NCBI GenBank assembly: GCA_964291495.2
Contig: OZ219871.1
Coordinates: 1,312,001 to 1,376,000, forward strand
Length of the DNA stretch: 64,000 nucleotides
Reading direction: 5' to 3'
From: Dehalococcoidia bacterium
Lineage (GTDB): Bacteria; Chloroflexota; Dehalococcoidia; UBA2979
Below, one piece after another: positions 10,872-22,134 of the stretch; the first letter of the stretch is position 1; every line of letters begins with the position of its first letter. The notes under the pieces are model-generated. The model saw only the letters and a list, made by a program, of their open reading frames with translations, was not told the origin of the DNA and searched no databases. Position numbers and translations under genes: made by a program.

Positions 10872-10939
10872 TCCGCGCCCTCGCCGCCACGCCCGCCGAC
10901 TCACGATCCGCGCCGCACAAAGTCCCGGAGCCGAACCCT

Positions 10940-11710
10940 GTGCTTCTCGCCATCGACATCGGCAACACGAGCATCACGATCGGCGTCTATGACGGGGCGC
11001 ACCTCGCGGCGCGCTTCCGCCTAGCCAGCAACGACGACCGGCCCGCCGATGAGTACACGCGCGAACTCACCGCCCTTCTGGGCAACGCGGGCGTCGAGCC
11101 CGCTCGGACTACCGGGGTGGCGCTCTCCTCAACCGTTCCCACCCTCGAGGCAACCTTCGTCTCGGTCTGCCGCGACGGCTTCGGCTGCGAACCGCTGGTC
11201 GTCGGCGCGGACCTGCACATCGGCATCCCGATCCGCTGCGACAACCCCCACGAGGTCGGAGCGGACCGCATCCTGCACGCCGTCGCCGCGCTCAGACGGC
11301 ACGCCCCGCCGTTGATCGTCGTGGACCTCGGGACGGCGCTCGTTCTCGACGCGATCTCCGCCGAGGGCGACTACCTGGGCGGCGCGATCGCGCCGGGAAT
11401 CGGCATCGCCGCGGAGGCGCTGTTCGAGCGCGCCGCGAAGCTGCCGTGCGTCCCCCTCGAGCCCCCTGGCGCCGACGGCGCGATCGGTCGCAACACGAAA
11501 GACTCGATGCAGTCGGGTATCGTGTACGGCTACGCGGAGATGGTGTGCGGCATGGTGCGGCGCTTCAAGGCAGAGATCGGCCCGCGGGCCAAGGTGATCG
11601 CCACCGGCGGCTACGCCGCCCTGATCGCCGACGCCGCCTGCTGCATCGACGCCGTTGAGGACGACCTCAATCTCGAGGGCCTGCGCCTGGTCTACGAGGC
11701 GAACCGATGA
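10940..11710 (+). CDS. coaX: Type III pantothenate kinase
   Basis: AIDIGNT, VGADR, VVDLGTA, GGAIAPG, ATGG. Confidence 0.93.
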   Translation: MLLAIDIGNTSITIGVYDGAHLAARFRLASNDDRPADEYTRELTALLGNAGVEPARTTGVALSSTVPTLEATFVSVCRDGFGCEPLVVGADLHIGIPIRCDNPHEVGADRILHAVAALRRHAPPLIVVDLGTALVLDAISAEGDYLGGAIAPGIGIAAEALFERAAKLPCVPLEPPGADGAIGRNTKDSMQSGIVYGYAEMVCGMVRRFKAEIGPRAKVIATGGYAALIADAACCIDAVEDDLNLEGLRLVYEANR

Positions 11711-12942
11711 CCATGCAGCCAACAGCCGCGCCCGCGCCGCTGAGCGGCCGCACGATCGTGCTCGGCGTGAGCGGCTCGATCGCCGCCTACAAGGCCGTCG
11801 AGGTCACGAGCCGCCTCGTGCAGGCGGGCGCAGCGGTCGAGGTCGTGATGACCGAGGCCGCCACAAAGTTCATTGGGCCATTGACATTCCGGGGCATCAC
11901 CGGGCGCGAGCCGTTCGTCGATCTCTGGGCGACGGCCGGGCCGCACGCCGAGCCGCACGTCGCCCTGGGGCGCAGCGCCGACCTCTACCTGATCGCGCCG
12001 GCCAGCGCTTCGACGATCGCGCGGATCGCGCACGGCATCGCCGACGACTTCGTCTCGCTGACCGCGCTGGCGATGCGCGGACCGGTGCTGATCGCGCCCG
12101 CGATGGACGCGCAGATGTGGGCCAACGCCGCCACGCGCGACAACGTCGCCCTGCTCCGGGAGCGCGGCATCGAGTTCCTCGGCCCCGTCGATGGGCGCCT
12201 CGCTTCCGGCGAGGTGGGCGCGGGGCGCTTGCTGGAGCCGGCCGCCATCGTCGACCAGCTCAAGGCGCGCCTCGGGCGGGCCCACGGCGACCTCGCGGGC
12301 AAGCGCATCGCCGTCACCGCCGGCGGCACGCGCGAGCCGGCCGACCCCGTGCGCTTCATCGGCAATCGCTCGACCGGCAAGATGGGCCACGCCGTCGCCG
12401 AGGCGGCGCGCGACCGCGGCGCCGACGTGGTGCTGATCACCAGCGCCGAACTCGCCCCTCCCGGCGCCACCGAGGTCGTCCATGTCGAGACGGCTCACGA
12501 GATGCTCGCCGCCCTCGAGGCGCACGTCCCGACCTGCGACGCGCTGGTCATGGCCGCCGCCGTCGCCGACTACCGCCCCGCCGCGTCGCTGGCGCACAAG
12601 CAGAAGCGCGGGGGCCGCGAGCACTGGTCGCTCGACCTGGAACGCAACCCGGACCTGATCGCCTCGATCCAGCGCGAGGGGCTGATCAAGGTCGCGTTCG
12701 CCGCGGAGACGGACGACCTGCTGCAGAACGCGGCGCACAAGCTGATCGCGAAGGACGCGCACCTCATGGTTGCGAACGACGTGAGCGCCGAGGACGCCGG
12801 CTTCGCCGTCGATACCAACCGCGTCGTCATCCTCGACCGCAACGGCGGCTGCGACGAGCTCCCGCTGCTCTCGAAGTACGACTGCTCGCACCTGATCCTC
12901 GACCGGCTGGCGGCGCTGCTCCCGGGCAACTCCCGCCGCTAG
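11707..12942 (+). CDS. coaBC: Phosphopantothenoylcysteine decarboxylase/ligase
   Basis: GSIAAYK, APAM, TAGGTRE, RFIGNRSTGKMG, AAVADY, FAAET. Confidence 0.95.
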   Translation: MTMQPTAAPAPLSGRTIVLGVSGSIAAYKAVEVTSRLVQAGAAVEVVMTEAATKFIGPLTFRGITGREPFVDLWATAGPHAEPHVALGRSADLYLIAPASASTIARIAHGIADDFVSLTALAMRGPVLIAPAMDAQMWANAATRDNVALLRERGIEFLGPVDGRLASGEVGAGRLLEPAAIVDQLKARLGRAHGDLAGKRIAVTAGGTREPADPVRFIGNRSTGKMGHAVAEAARDRGADVVLITSAELAPPGATEVVHVETAHEMLAALEAHVPTCDALVMAAAVADYRPAASLAHKQKRGGREHWSLDLERNPDLIASIQREGLIKVAFAAETDDLLQNAAHKLIAKDAHLMVANDVSAEDAGFAVDTNRVVILDRNGGCDELPLLSKYDCSHLILDRLAALLPGNSRR

Positions 12943-13285
12943 GGCGCGGCCGCTGAGGCAGCTCTCGGATACGTCGTGGATAACCGCCGACTCGCTGTTC
13001 GCGGGCTCCGCGTAACCTCGGGTCCCCTTCAGGTGGGCTCGGACGGCAGGCGCTGCCGGTCGGCGACCCCTCCCCAACTGCCCACGATCTGCTCACGAGT
13101 GTTCTCTCTTTACTCCGAAGCTCCCCACGCCCCGGAACCTGCGGTATCGGCTACCCGCCCGCCCGAAACCGGTTCCCGTCCACATCCCGCACGGCCCTAC
13201 TACTACGACGTTCCCCCACCCAGACATCCGTGCCCCCTGGTCCTGCCGTGGACAAGTACCCTCGCCGCGTTGTGGAGTAGATCCC
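12943..13285. other. Probable replication origin (oriC) unwinding region
   Basis: ~340 bp non-coding gap with degenerate DnaA boxes and CCGTCCACA-TCCCGCAC-GGCC-CTACTACTAC (box, GC spacer, DnaA-trio repeats) at 13176-13206. Confidence 0.6.
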
Positions 13286-14584
13286 GTGATCGACCAGGTT
13301 GAGATCGAAGTAGCTGCCGGGAAGGGCGGCGACGGGATCGTCTCGTTCCGCCGAGAGAAATTCGTGCCGCACGGGGGCCCCGACGGCGGCGATGGTGGCC
13401 GAGGGGGCTCGGTCGGGTTCGTTGCGGACCGGACGGTGACGGGACTTGGCGCCTATCGTGACGGGCGGATTCGGGTGGCGCCGCTCGGGCAGCCGGGCAG
13501 CTCCTCACAACGCCGCGGCGCCTCGGGCGAGGACCTGTGGTTGCCTGTGCCCGTGGGCTGCGTGGTGTGGGACCTGGAATCCGGGAGTGCGCTGCAAGAG
13601 TCGCCCGGTGGCGAAGAGCGCGGGCCGTTCGCGGACCTCGCGGAGAACGGCGCCCAGGCGATCGTTGCGAGGGGTGGCCGTGGCGGCTGGGGCAACAAGC
13701 GATTCGCCACGGCGACCCGGCGGACACCACGCTTCGCCCAGCGCGGGATGGCGGGTGAGCGCCGTCGGCTGAGGCTCGAGCTGAAGCTGCTGGCGGACGT
13801 GGGCCTCGTGGGGTTGCCGAACGCGGGCAAGTCGACACTGCTCGGCGCGTGGTCGGCGGCGCACCCGAAGGTGGCCGCGTACCCGTTCACGACGCTCGAG
13901 CCGGAGCTGGGGGTAGTCGAACTCGGTTACGACTCGTTCGTCGCGGCGGACATGCCGGGCCTGATCGAGGGCGCAAGCCAGGGCGTGGGGCTCGGGCACG
14001 AGTTCCTGCGGCACATCGAGCGCACGCGGGTGCTCGTGCACGTGCTCGATATGACGCGGGACGACCCGCTCGCCGACCGCGAGCTGATCGACCGCGAGCT
14101 GGCGGAGTTCGGCCATGGTCTGTCCGGGAAACCGCAGCTGCTGGCCCTGAACAAGATCGACGACCCGGACGCACGGGCGCACGTTGAGTTGATCGAGGAG
14201 CTGCTGGAAGCGCAGGAGACGCCGTGGCTCGCCATCTCGGCGGCCTCGCTGGAAGGCACGCGGCAACTCGCCGAGCGAGCCTTCCAGCTGCTCCGGGAGC
14301 AGTTGCTGCGAGAGGAGGCCGAGGTTGCGCCGCCGCCGTTGGTGGAGCCGCTCGAGGTCCGGCGCGAGCGCTTCCATGTCGAGCGGGATGCGATGGGCGG
14401 CGTAGTTGTGCGCGGCCGCACCCCTGAGTGGCTGGCGGCGACGTTCGACCTCGAGGACCACGAGGCGCGCGAGGAGTTGCTCGACCGGCTGCGGCGGCTG
14501 GGTCTGGCGCGCGCTCTCTCGCGCGAGGGCGTGACGCCCGGCACGACGATCCACGTCGGCGACGTCGCGCTGGTCTGGGAGTAG
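13286..14584 (+). CDS. obgE: GTPase ObgE/CgtA
   Basis: FRREKFVPHGGPDGGDGG, GLPNAGKST, YPFTTLEP, NKID. Confidence 0.96.
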   Translation: MIDQVEIEVAAGKGGDGIVSFRREKFVPHGGPDGGDGGRGGSVGFVADRTVTGLGAYRDGRIRVAPLGQPGSSSQRRGASGEDLWLPVPVGCVVWDLESGSALQESPGGEERGPFADLAENGAQAIVARGGRGGWGNKRFATATRRTPRFAQRGMAGERRRLRLELKLLADVGLVGLPNAGKSTLLGAWSAAHPKVAAYPFTTLEPELGVVELGYDSFVAADMPGLIEGASQGVGLGHEFLRHIERTRVLVHVLDMTRDDPLADRELIDRELAEFGHGLSGKPQLLALNKIDDPDARAHVELIEELLEAQETPWLAISAASLEGTRQLAERAFQLLREQLLREEAEVAPPPLVEPLEVRRERFHVERDAMGGVVVRGRTPEWLAATFDLEDHEAREELLDRLRRLGLARALSREGVTPGTTIHVGDVALVWE

Positions 14585-14589
14585 GCGCG

Positions 14590-15198
14590 ATGCGCATCGG
14601 CGTCCTCGGTGGCACCTTCGACCCGCCGCACCTCGCACACCTCGTGCTGGCGTCGGCCGCGAGGCGCACGCTCGGCCTCGACCGCGTGCTCCTCGTGCCG
14701 GCGGGCGACCCGTGGCGCAAGGCGGGGAGCGGGGTATCGCCGGCGGCCGATCGCCTGGCGCTGACGCGTGCAGCCATCGAGGACGCACTGCCCTGGGCCG
14801 AGGTCAGCGAAATCGAGGTGCGCCGCAAGGGCCCCAGCTACACCGCCGAGACCCTCGAGGAACTGCAGGCGAAGGAGCCGGGCAACGAGTGGTGGTTCAT
14901 CCTCGGCTGGGACGCGCTCGCCGACCTGCCGAACTGGCGGCGGCCGGAGCGCATCCTCGAGCTGGCGCGCCTCGCCCTCGCCGAGCGGGGCGATGCGGAC
15001 GCGGATGCGTTGCTGCCGCGTGCGGCAGCCGAGGCGTTTCCGGACCTCGCGGCTCGCGTAGACCGCGTGCCGATTCCGCGGCTCGATGTCTCCGCCTCGG
15101 AGCTGCGTCGCCGCCTGCGGGAGGGCGAGCCGACGGCGCCGCTGCTGCCGGTGGGCGTGCGGAAGCTGATCGCCGAACGTGGGCTCTACCGCGCCTGA
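14590..15198 (+). CDS. nadD: Nicotinate-nucleotide adenylyltransferase
   Basis: GGTFDPPHLAH, SYTAETL, ILGWD, SASELR; ATG 14590. Confidence 0.92.
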   Translation: MRIGVLGGTFDPPHLAHLVLASAARRTLGLDRVLLVPAGDPWRKAGSGVSPAADRLALTRAAIEDALPWAEVSEIEVRRKGPSYTAETLEELQAKEPGNEWWFILGWDALADLPNWRRPERILELARLALAERGDADADALLPRAAAEAFPDLAARVDRVPIPRLDVSASELRRRLREGEPTAPLLPVGVRKLIAERGLYRA

Positions 15199-15207
15199 CG
15201 CCCGCCG

Positions 15208-15900
15208 TTACGCCTGGTCGGGTGGGCGCCCGAAGAGGATCGAGGCGCGGGGGACCGGCGGGAAGAGGAATGGGCGCAGTCCCGCCTCGACGGCGAAGGG
15301 AAAGCCTGCCTCCTGTGCGAAGCGCAGCAGCGTGCGCCCCGATCGCAACTGCGGCGAGCGCACGTGGCGGCCCAGCCAGCGCCGGTTCCAGGCGTCGAGG
15401 AAGCGCCGCCCGGTCGACGCGAACTCCCAGATCAGCGCCAGTCCGCCGGGCGCGAGCACGCGCCAGACCTCGTCGAGCAGGTCGCGCAAGCCGTCGTCAT
15501 CGAGGTGCTTCACCAGGTAGCCGCAGAGCACGAGGTCGAAGGCGCCCGAGGCGAGCGGCAGGCTCGTCGCCGAGCCCTGTACGAGGTCGAGCAGGCGGCC
15601 GCTCGAGCGGTTGTCGCGCCGAGCGTGCCTTAACGCCGCGCGCGAGAAGTCGAGGCCCACGGGCGGTTGCTTGAAGCCCACGCGTCCGTCCATGAAGCGT
15701 GGCACGGAGCCACGGCCGCAGCCGATGTCGAGCACGCGCAGGTCCGGCTCCATGCCCAGCTCGTCGGGCAGTCTCAGCAGCGGCCCGTTCATCACGAACG
15801 CGCCCTGCGGGCCAAGCGCCCAGCGCAGCCCTGTCGCGGCCAGCCCCGGCCGGCTCAACAGGCGTTCGTACTCGTCGAGGCGGGTCCGCTCGAAGCTCAT
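15208..15900 (-). CDS. Class I SAM-dependent methyltransferase
   Basis: VLDIGCGRG, GLDFS, FDLV, RVLAPGG; start placed at ATG 15900. Confidence 0.85.
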   Translation of the reverse strand: MSFERTRLDEYERLLSRPGLAATGLRWALGPQGAFVMNGPLLRLPDELGMEPDLRVLDIGCGRGSVPRFMDGRVGFKQPPVGLDFSRAALRHARRDNRSSGRLLDLVQGSATSLPLASGAFDLVLCGYLVKHLDDDGLRDLLDEVWRVLAPGGLALIWEFASTGRRFLDAWNRRWLGRHVRSPQLRSGRTLLRFAQEAGFPFAVEAGLRPFLFPPVPRASILFGRPPDQA

Positions 15901-15931
15901 GAGTGAATCGTGGCACGCCGGCGATCGGCGC

Positions 15932-16417
15932 TCAATCACCGGTCGCGGGCGGCCCCGGCTCGCCGAGGTCGAACGAGAGCCGCACGCGCGCGCCCTGCGC
16001 GGCCGCCCAGTCGCACATCGCCGCCAGCTCACCGAGCCGCGGCGCGAGGTCCTCGTAGCCCTCGAGCAGCTCGTCGAGCTGGCGGTCGCCGGCCGTGGTG
16101 GCCGCGGCGACGGCGCGGCAGCAGTCGGCGAGGGCCGCCGGGTCCTGCCACATCCGCTGCAACTCGCGGCGGTCCGCCTCGTCCTCGACGCGGCGGTCGG
16201 CGTAGCGCAGCAGCGGGCGCAGCGTGACCTTGTGCAGTGTCTCGATGCGGCTCGCCGCCCGCGCCAGCTCGTGCTGCGCCCCGAAGCGCAGCGAGAACGC
16301 CCACGACGCGAAGTACAGCACCACCGAGGAGTCGCCCTCGAACGCCACCGGGCAGGCCTCGTCCGCGTCGAACTCGACGTGGAGGGGCGGCGGGGCGTCC
16401 TCGGCAGGGCTGGTCAC
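15932..16417 (-). CDS. Hypothetical protein
   Basis: Fills gap directly downstream of gyrB on same strand with genome-typical codon usage; no motif recognised. Confidence 0.6.
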   Translation of the reverse strand: MTSPAEDAPPPLHVEFDADEACPVAFEGDSSVVLYFASWAFSLRFGAQHELARAASRIETLHKVTLRPLLRYADRRVEDEADRRELQRMWQDPAALADCCRAVAAATTAGDRQLDELLEGYEDLAPRLGELAAMCDWAAAQGARVRLSFDLGEPGPPATGD

Positions 16418-16434
16418 GGCGGGTGCTCGCGCCG

Positions 16435-18495
<2,061 letters not shown>

Positions 18496-18755
18496 TCAGT
18501 CCGTGCAGCGGCTACGGGACGGGGTACACGCCACGCGGCGGTTCGCCCGGATCGCATCTGCCGGGGAGGCGGATTCCGCGCCAGGCGAGAGGGCCTTTCG
18601 CGGTGAAATCACGTGACGAAACGGCTGCGTTGGACCTGATGTTCCCGGCACTTGGATAGTATACCTGATGAGCGCTGTTCGCGCTTGAGTTGCGGGGGTC
18701 TCGGGCGGTCCGCTGGCAGGCCCGGAGGCTTGGAACCACAACGGAAATCGCCGGT

Positions 18756-19208
18756 ATGGCACAGCAACGTAATCCTATCTCGATCACCCCCATCGGCGTC
18801 GTCCGCAACGGCGAACGCGACCCCGCTCGCCAGGACTGGACGCGCGTCCGCAGCCGCATCGAGTTGCACCCGGAACTCGCCCCCGCGCTCGATGGCCTCG
18901 AGGGCTTCTCGCACGTCATCGTCGTCGGCTGGCTCGACCGCATTCCGGAGGAGCTGCGGGAGCGCAGGCACGCGCATCCCGGCGGTGACGATCGGCTGCC
19001 GCTGCTCGGCGCGCTCGCGCTGCGCGGCGGCGCGCGGCCCAATCCGATCGCCGTTACCGTCTGCCGCCTGCGCGCGGCTGGCGACGCGGCCGTCGAGGTC
19101 GAGGGCCTCGACCTGATCGACGGCACGCCGGTGCTCGACATCAAGCCCTACATCGCCGTCTACGACTCGGAGCCGGACGCGACGCTGCCGGACTGGGCGC
19201 AGGGCTGA
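18756..19208 (+). CDS. tsaA: TsaA/TrmO-family tRNA methyltransferase-like protein
   Basis: ITPIG, LDGLEGFSH, RPNPI, GLDLIDGTPVLDIKPY; ATG 18756. Confidence 0.85.
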   Translation: MAQQRNPISITPIGVVRNGERDPARQDWTRVRSRIELHPELAPALDGLEGFSHVIVVGWLDRIPEELRERRHAHPGGDDRLPLLGALALRGGARPNPIAVTVCRLRAAGDAAVEVEGLDLIDGTPVLDIKPYIAVYDSEPDATLPDWAQG

Positions 19209-19254
19209 GGCGGGAGGCGTTGCGCCAGCACGCTGCCCGTCCGACGCTGGCGGC

Positions 19255-20346
19255 ATGGACATCGCGATCGTCGGGCTGCCGGGATCGGGCAAGACCTCGC
19301 TCTTCAATGCGCTGACACGAGGCGAGGCGCAGGTCGGCGCCTACAGCTCGCGCCTGGAGCCGAACCTCGGCGTCGCCGCCGTGCCCGACGAGCGGCTCGA
19401 CCGGCTCGCGGCGCAGGAAGGCTCGAGGCGCGTGACGCACGCGGAGCTGCGCCTCGCGGACTACCCGGCCGCGACCTTCGATGCGTCCGGCATCGACCGT
19501 CAGAGGCTGCAGGATCTGGCGCAGGCGGACGCGCTCATCCTCGTCGCCCGCGCCTTCGAGAACCCCGCCGTGCCCGCCCCCGAGGGCGGCGTCGACGCCG
19601 ATCGCGACATCGAGGCGATGCAGCTCGAGCTGACCTACGCCGACCTCGCGTTGATCGAACGGCGCATCGAGCGGATCGAGCCGGAGCTGCGCTCACTCCC
19701 CGCCGCCGAGCGGGGCGCGCTCGAGCAGGACCGGGCGCTGCTGCTGCGGCTGCGCGAGGCCCTCGAGGCGGGGAGCGCGCTGCGTGCGCTCGATCTCACC
19801 GAGGGGGAGCGGCGGCTGCTCGCGAGCTACCAGTTCGCCACGCGCCGGCCGCTGCTGATCCTCGTCAACGTCGACGAGGACGACCTGCCGCGCCTCGAGG
19901 AGATCGAGGCGGACCACGCCGGGCGGCACCGCGCCCCGGGCGTCGGTGTCGTCGCGCTCAGCGCGCGCATCGAGGCGGAGCTGGCGCAGATGGAGGCGGA
20001 GGAGGCGGCCGCGTTCCGAGGCGAGCTGGGCCTGCCGGAGCTGTCGCCGCTCGATCGCGTGATCCGGGAGACGTACGACCTGCTCGGCGTACTCACCTTC
20101 CTCACCGCGAGCGACCGGGAGGCGCGCGCCTGGACGCTGCGCCGGGGCGGGACGGCCCTCGATGCGGCCGGCCGCATCCACAGCGACCTCGAACGCGGCT
20201 TCATCCGCGCCGAGGTCGCGCGCTGGGACGAGTGGCTGGAGGCGGGCAGCGAGGCGCAGCTGCGCCGCCAGGGCCGGTTGCGCACAGAGGGCCGCGACTA
20301 CGAGGTGCAGGACGGCGATGTCGTGCACGTGCTCTTCAACGTCTGA
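19255..20346 (+). CDS. ychF: YchF/Obg-like ATPase (divergent G3 motif)
   Basis: GLPGSGKTSLFNALT, VPDERL, AAGRIHSDLERGFIRAE, EGRDYEVQDGD. Confidence 0.88.
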   Translation: MDIAIVGLPGSGKTSLFNALTRGEAQVGAYSSRLEPNLGVAAVPDERLDRLAAQEGSRRVTHAELRLADYPAATFDASGIDRQRLQDLAQADALILVARAFENPAVPAPEGGVDADRDIEAMQLELTYADLALIERRIERIEPELRSLPAAERGALEQDRALLLRLREALEAGSALRALDLTEGERRLLASYQFATRRPLLILVNVDEDDLPRLEEIEADHAGRHRAPGVGVVALSARIEAELAQMEAEEAAAFRGELGLPELSPLDRVIRETYDLLGVLTFLTASDREARAWTLRRGGTALDAAGRIHSDLERGFIRAEVARWDEWLEAGSEAQLRRQGRLRTEGRDYEVQDGDVVHVLFNV

Positions 20347-20391
20347 GCACGTCATGGGAGGCGGCGATATGATCGCTGCCGTGAGGCGACG

Positions 20392-21258
20392 ATGAGCGAA
20401 CAACAGTCACCTGAGGACGTGCGCGCGCGCCTCGTCGAGGAGGTCGAGGCCGCCCTCGGCGGCGGCCCGGCCGTCGCCGTCGCGACGGTGATCGATCCGG
20501 GCGAGCAGGATGGTCTTCAGCTCGGCGCGAAGCTGCTCGTGCGCGCGGCCGGCGGGACGCTCGGCGCCCTCGGCGCGCCCGCGATCGACGAGGCCGCCGC
20601 GGAGGCGGGCCGTGCTGCGCTCTCCGCGCGCCCGCGCATCGAGGCGCAGACCGTCTACGTGCGCGCGCCCGGCGAGCTCGTCGAGCGGCGCTCGCGGGCG
20701 CGGCCGGGCGACGGCCGGCTCATGCTCGAGGTCTTCGAGGCGCCCGGACGCCTGCTGATCGTGGGCGGCGGCCACATCGGGTTGGCCCTCGCGACGATCG
20801 GTTCCACGCTCGGCTTCCAGGTGACCGTGATCGACGACCGCGAGGAGTTCGCCAACCGCGAACGCTTCCCGATGGCCGCGGAGGTGATCGCCGGCGAGGT
20901 GGACGAGGAACTGGAGAAGCTCGCGATCGACGGGCGCACCTACGCGGTGATGGTCTCGCGCGGCCACCAGGTCGACGAGCTCGCGCTGCGCCACACGATC
21001 GGCCGCGGCGCCGCCTACGTCGGCATGATCGGCAGCCGCCGCCGCACCGGCACAGTCATCCAGCACCTTGTCGATGAGGGCTTGCCGCGCGAGGACCTCG
21101 AGGCGGTGCGCACGCCGATCGGGCTCGACATCGGCGCGGAGACGCCCGAGGAGATCGCGCTCGCCATCCTCGCGGAGATGGTGATGCTGCAGCGCGGCGG
21201 CAGTGGCTCGCCGATGCGCGAGGTCAAGGGTCGCGCGCCCGCTGGGCAGGACGCGTAG
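20392..21258 (+). CDS. XdhC/CoxI-family molybdenum-cofactor chaperone, C-terminal part
   Basis: LLIVGGGHI, IDDREEFA, YVGMIGSRRR, PIGLDIGAETPEEIA. Confidence 0.85.
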   Translation: MSEQQSPEDVRARLVEEVEAALGGGPAVAVATVIDPGEQDGLQLGAKLLVRAAGGTLGALGAPAIDEAAAEAGRAALSARPRIEAQTVYVRAPGELVERRSRARPGDGRLMLEVFEAPGRLLIVGGGHIGLALATIGSTLGFQVTVIDDREEFANRERFPMAAEVIAGEVDEELEKLAIDGRTYAVMVSRGHQVDELALRHTIGRGAAYVGMIGSRRRTGTVIQHLVDEGLPREDLEAVRTPIGLDIGAETPEEIALAILAEMVMLQRGGSGSPMREVKGRAPAGQDA

Positions 21259-21337
21259 CGCGGCGTCGCGCGCTGGTAGCGCGCTGGTAGACTGTATCGA
21301 CACGACCGGCCGGGAGCCGGGCGGGACAAGGAACACG

Positions 21338-21655
21338 ATGGCAGACGCCGAACTGTTCGCCGAGATTCGCGAAGCGCAGGAGCGCCGGGAGCGCCGCGTG
21401 CTGGCGACCGTCGCCGACGCACGCGGCTCGACGCCGCGCAGCCCCGGCGCGCAGCTGCTGCTGCGCCCGGACGGTAGCTTCCGCGGCACGATCGGCGGCG
21501 GTTGCGGCGAGGCCGAGGTCTGGCAGGAGGCGATGGAGACGATGGCCGACGGCCGTCCGCGCATCGTCACCGTCGACCTGACCGAGGATGTCGAGGGCGA
21601 CGACAAGATCTGCGGCGGCGTGATGGACGTATTCATCGAGAGGATCGCGGACTAG
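21338..21655 (+). CDS. Stand-alone XdhC/CoxI N-terminal domain protein
   Basis: LATV...GSTPRSPGA...GTIGGGCGEAEV...ICGG; ATG 21338. Confidence 0.8.
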   Translation: MADAELFAEIREAQERRERRVLATVADARGSTPRSPGAQLLLRPDGSFRGTIGGGCGEAEVWQEAMETMADGRPRIVTVDLTEDVEGDDKICGGVMDVFIERIAD

Positions 21656-21740
21656 TCGCAGGGAGTTGCCCGCGGCGGCTGCGTGGTACGATTCGGCGTC
21701 CGCCGGCACGGCGGATGCGGCGCACGGAGGGGACTGACCG

Positions 21741-21983
21741 ATGATCGGTGGACTGGGCTGGCAGGAGTTGCTGATCATCCTCGTGATCATCGCCCTGATC
21801 TTCGGGGCGACCCGTGTCGCCGACCTCGGCGGTGCGCTCGGGCGAGGCATCCGCGAGTTCCGCCAGGAGGCGGCGCGTCCGGATGACGAGGAAGAAGAAG
21901 AGGGCTCCGAGACTGCTTCCGCGTCCGGCGGCTCCTCGGACGGCGAGTCGGAGGCCTCCAGCGACAAGGAGTCATCCGGCTGA
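21741..21983 (+). CDS. tatA: Twin-arginine translocase subunit TatA/E
   Basis: GWQELLIILVIIALIFG + amphipathic helix LGRGIREFR; GGAGGGG SD. Confidence 0.9.
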   Translation: MIGGLGWQELLIILVIIALIFGATRVADLGGALGRGIREFRQEAARPDDEEEEEGSETASASGGSSDGESEASSDKESSG

Positions 21984-22015
21984 CCGCGCTCCCACGAAGG
22001 CGAAGCTGAGAGCCG

Positions 22016-22047
22016 GCCCGGCGTAGAGATGCGCCGGGCTTTCGCTT
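22016..22047 (+). terminator. Probable intrinsic terminator after tatA
   Basis: GCCCGGCGTA-GAGA-TGCGCCGGGC 10-bp stem with GNRA loop followed by TTTCGCTT. Confidence 0.6.
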
Positions 22048-22134
22048 GTCCACCAGCCCCCGTTTCGTACCATCGATGTAGTGCGATTCGCCGAGGGACG
22101 TACATGGCGGCCCCTGCGCGACGCCAGGAGTGAC

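Noticed and set aside
18605-18620. TCACGTGA palindrome as a parS site near the origin
   Set aside because: Only the 8-bp core matches; the GTT/AAC flanks of the parS consensus are missing.
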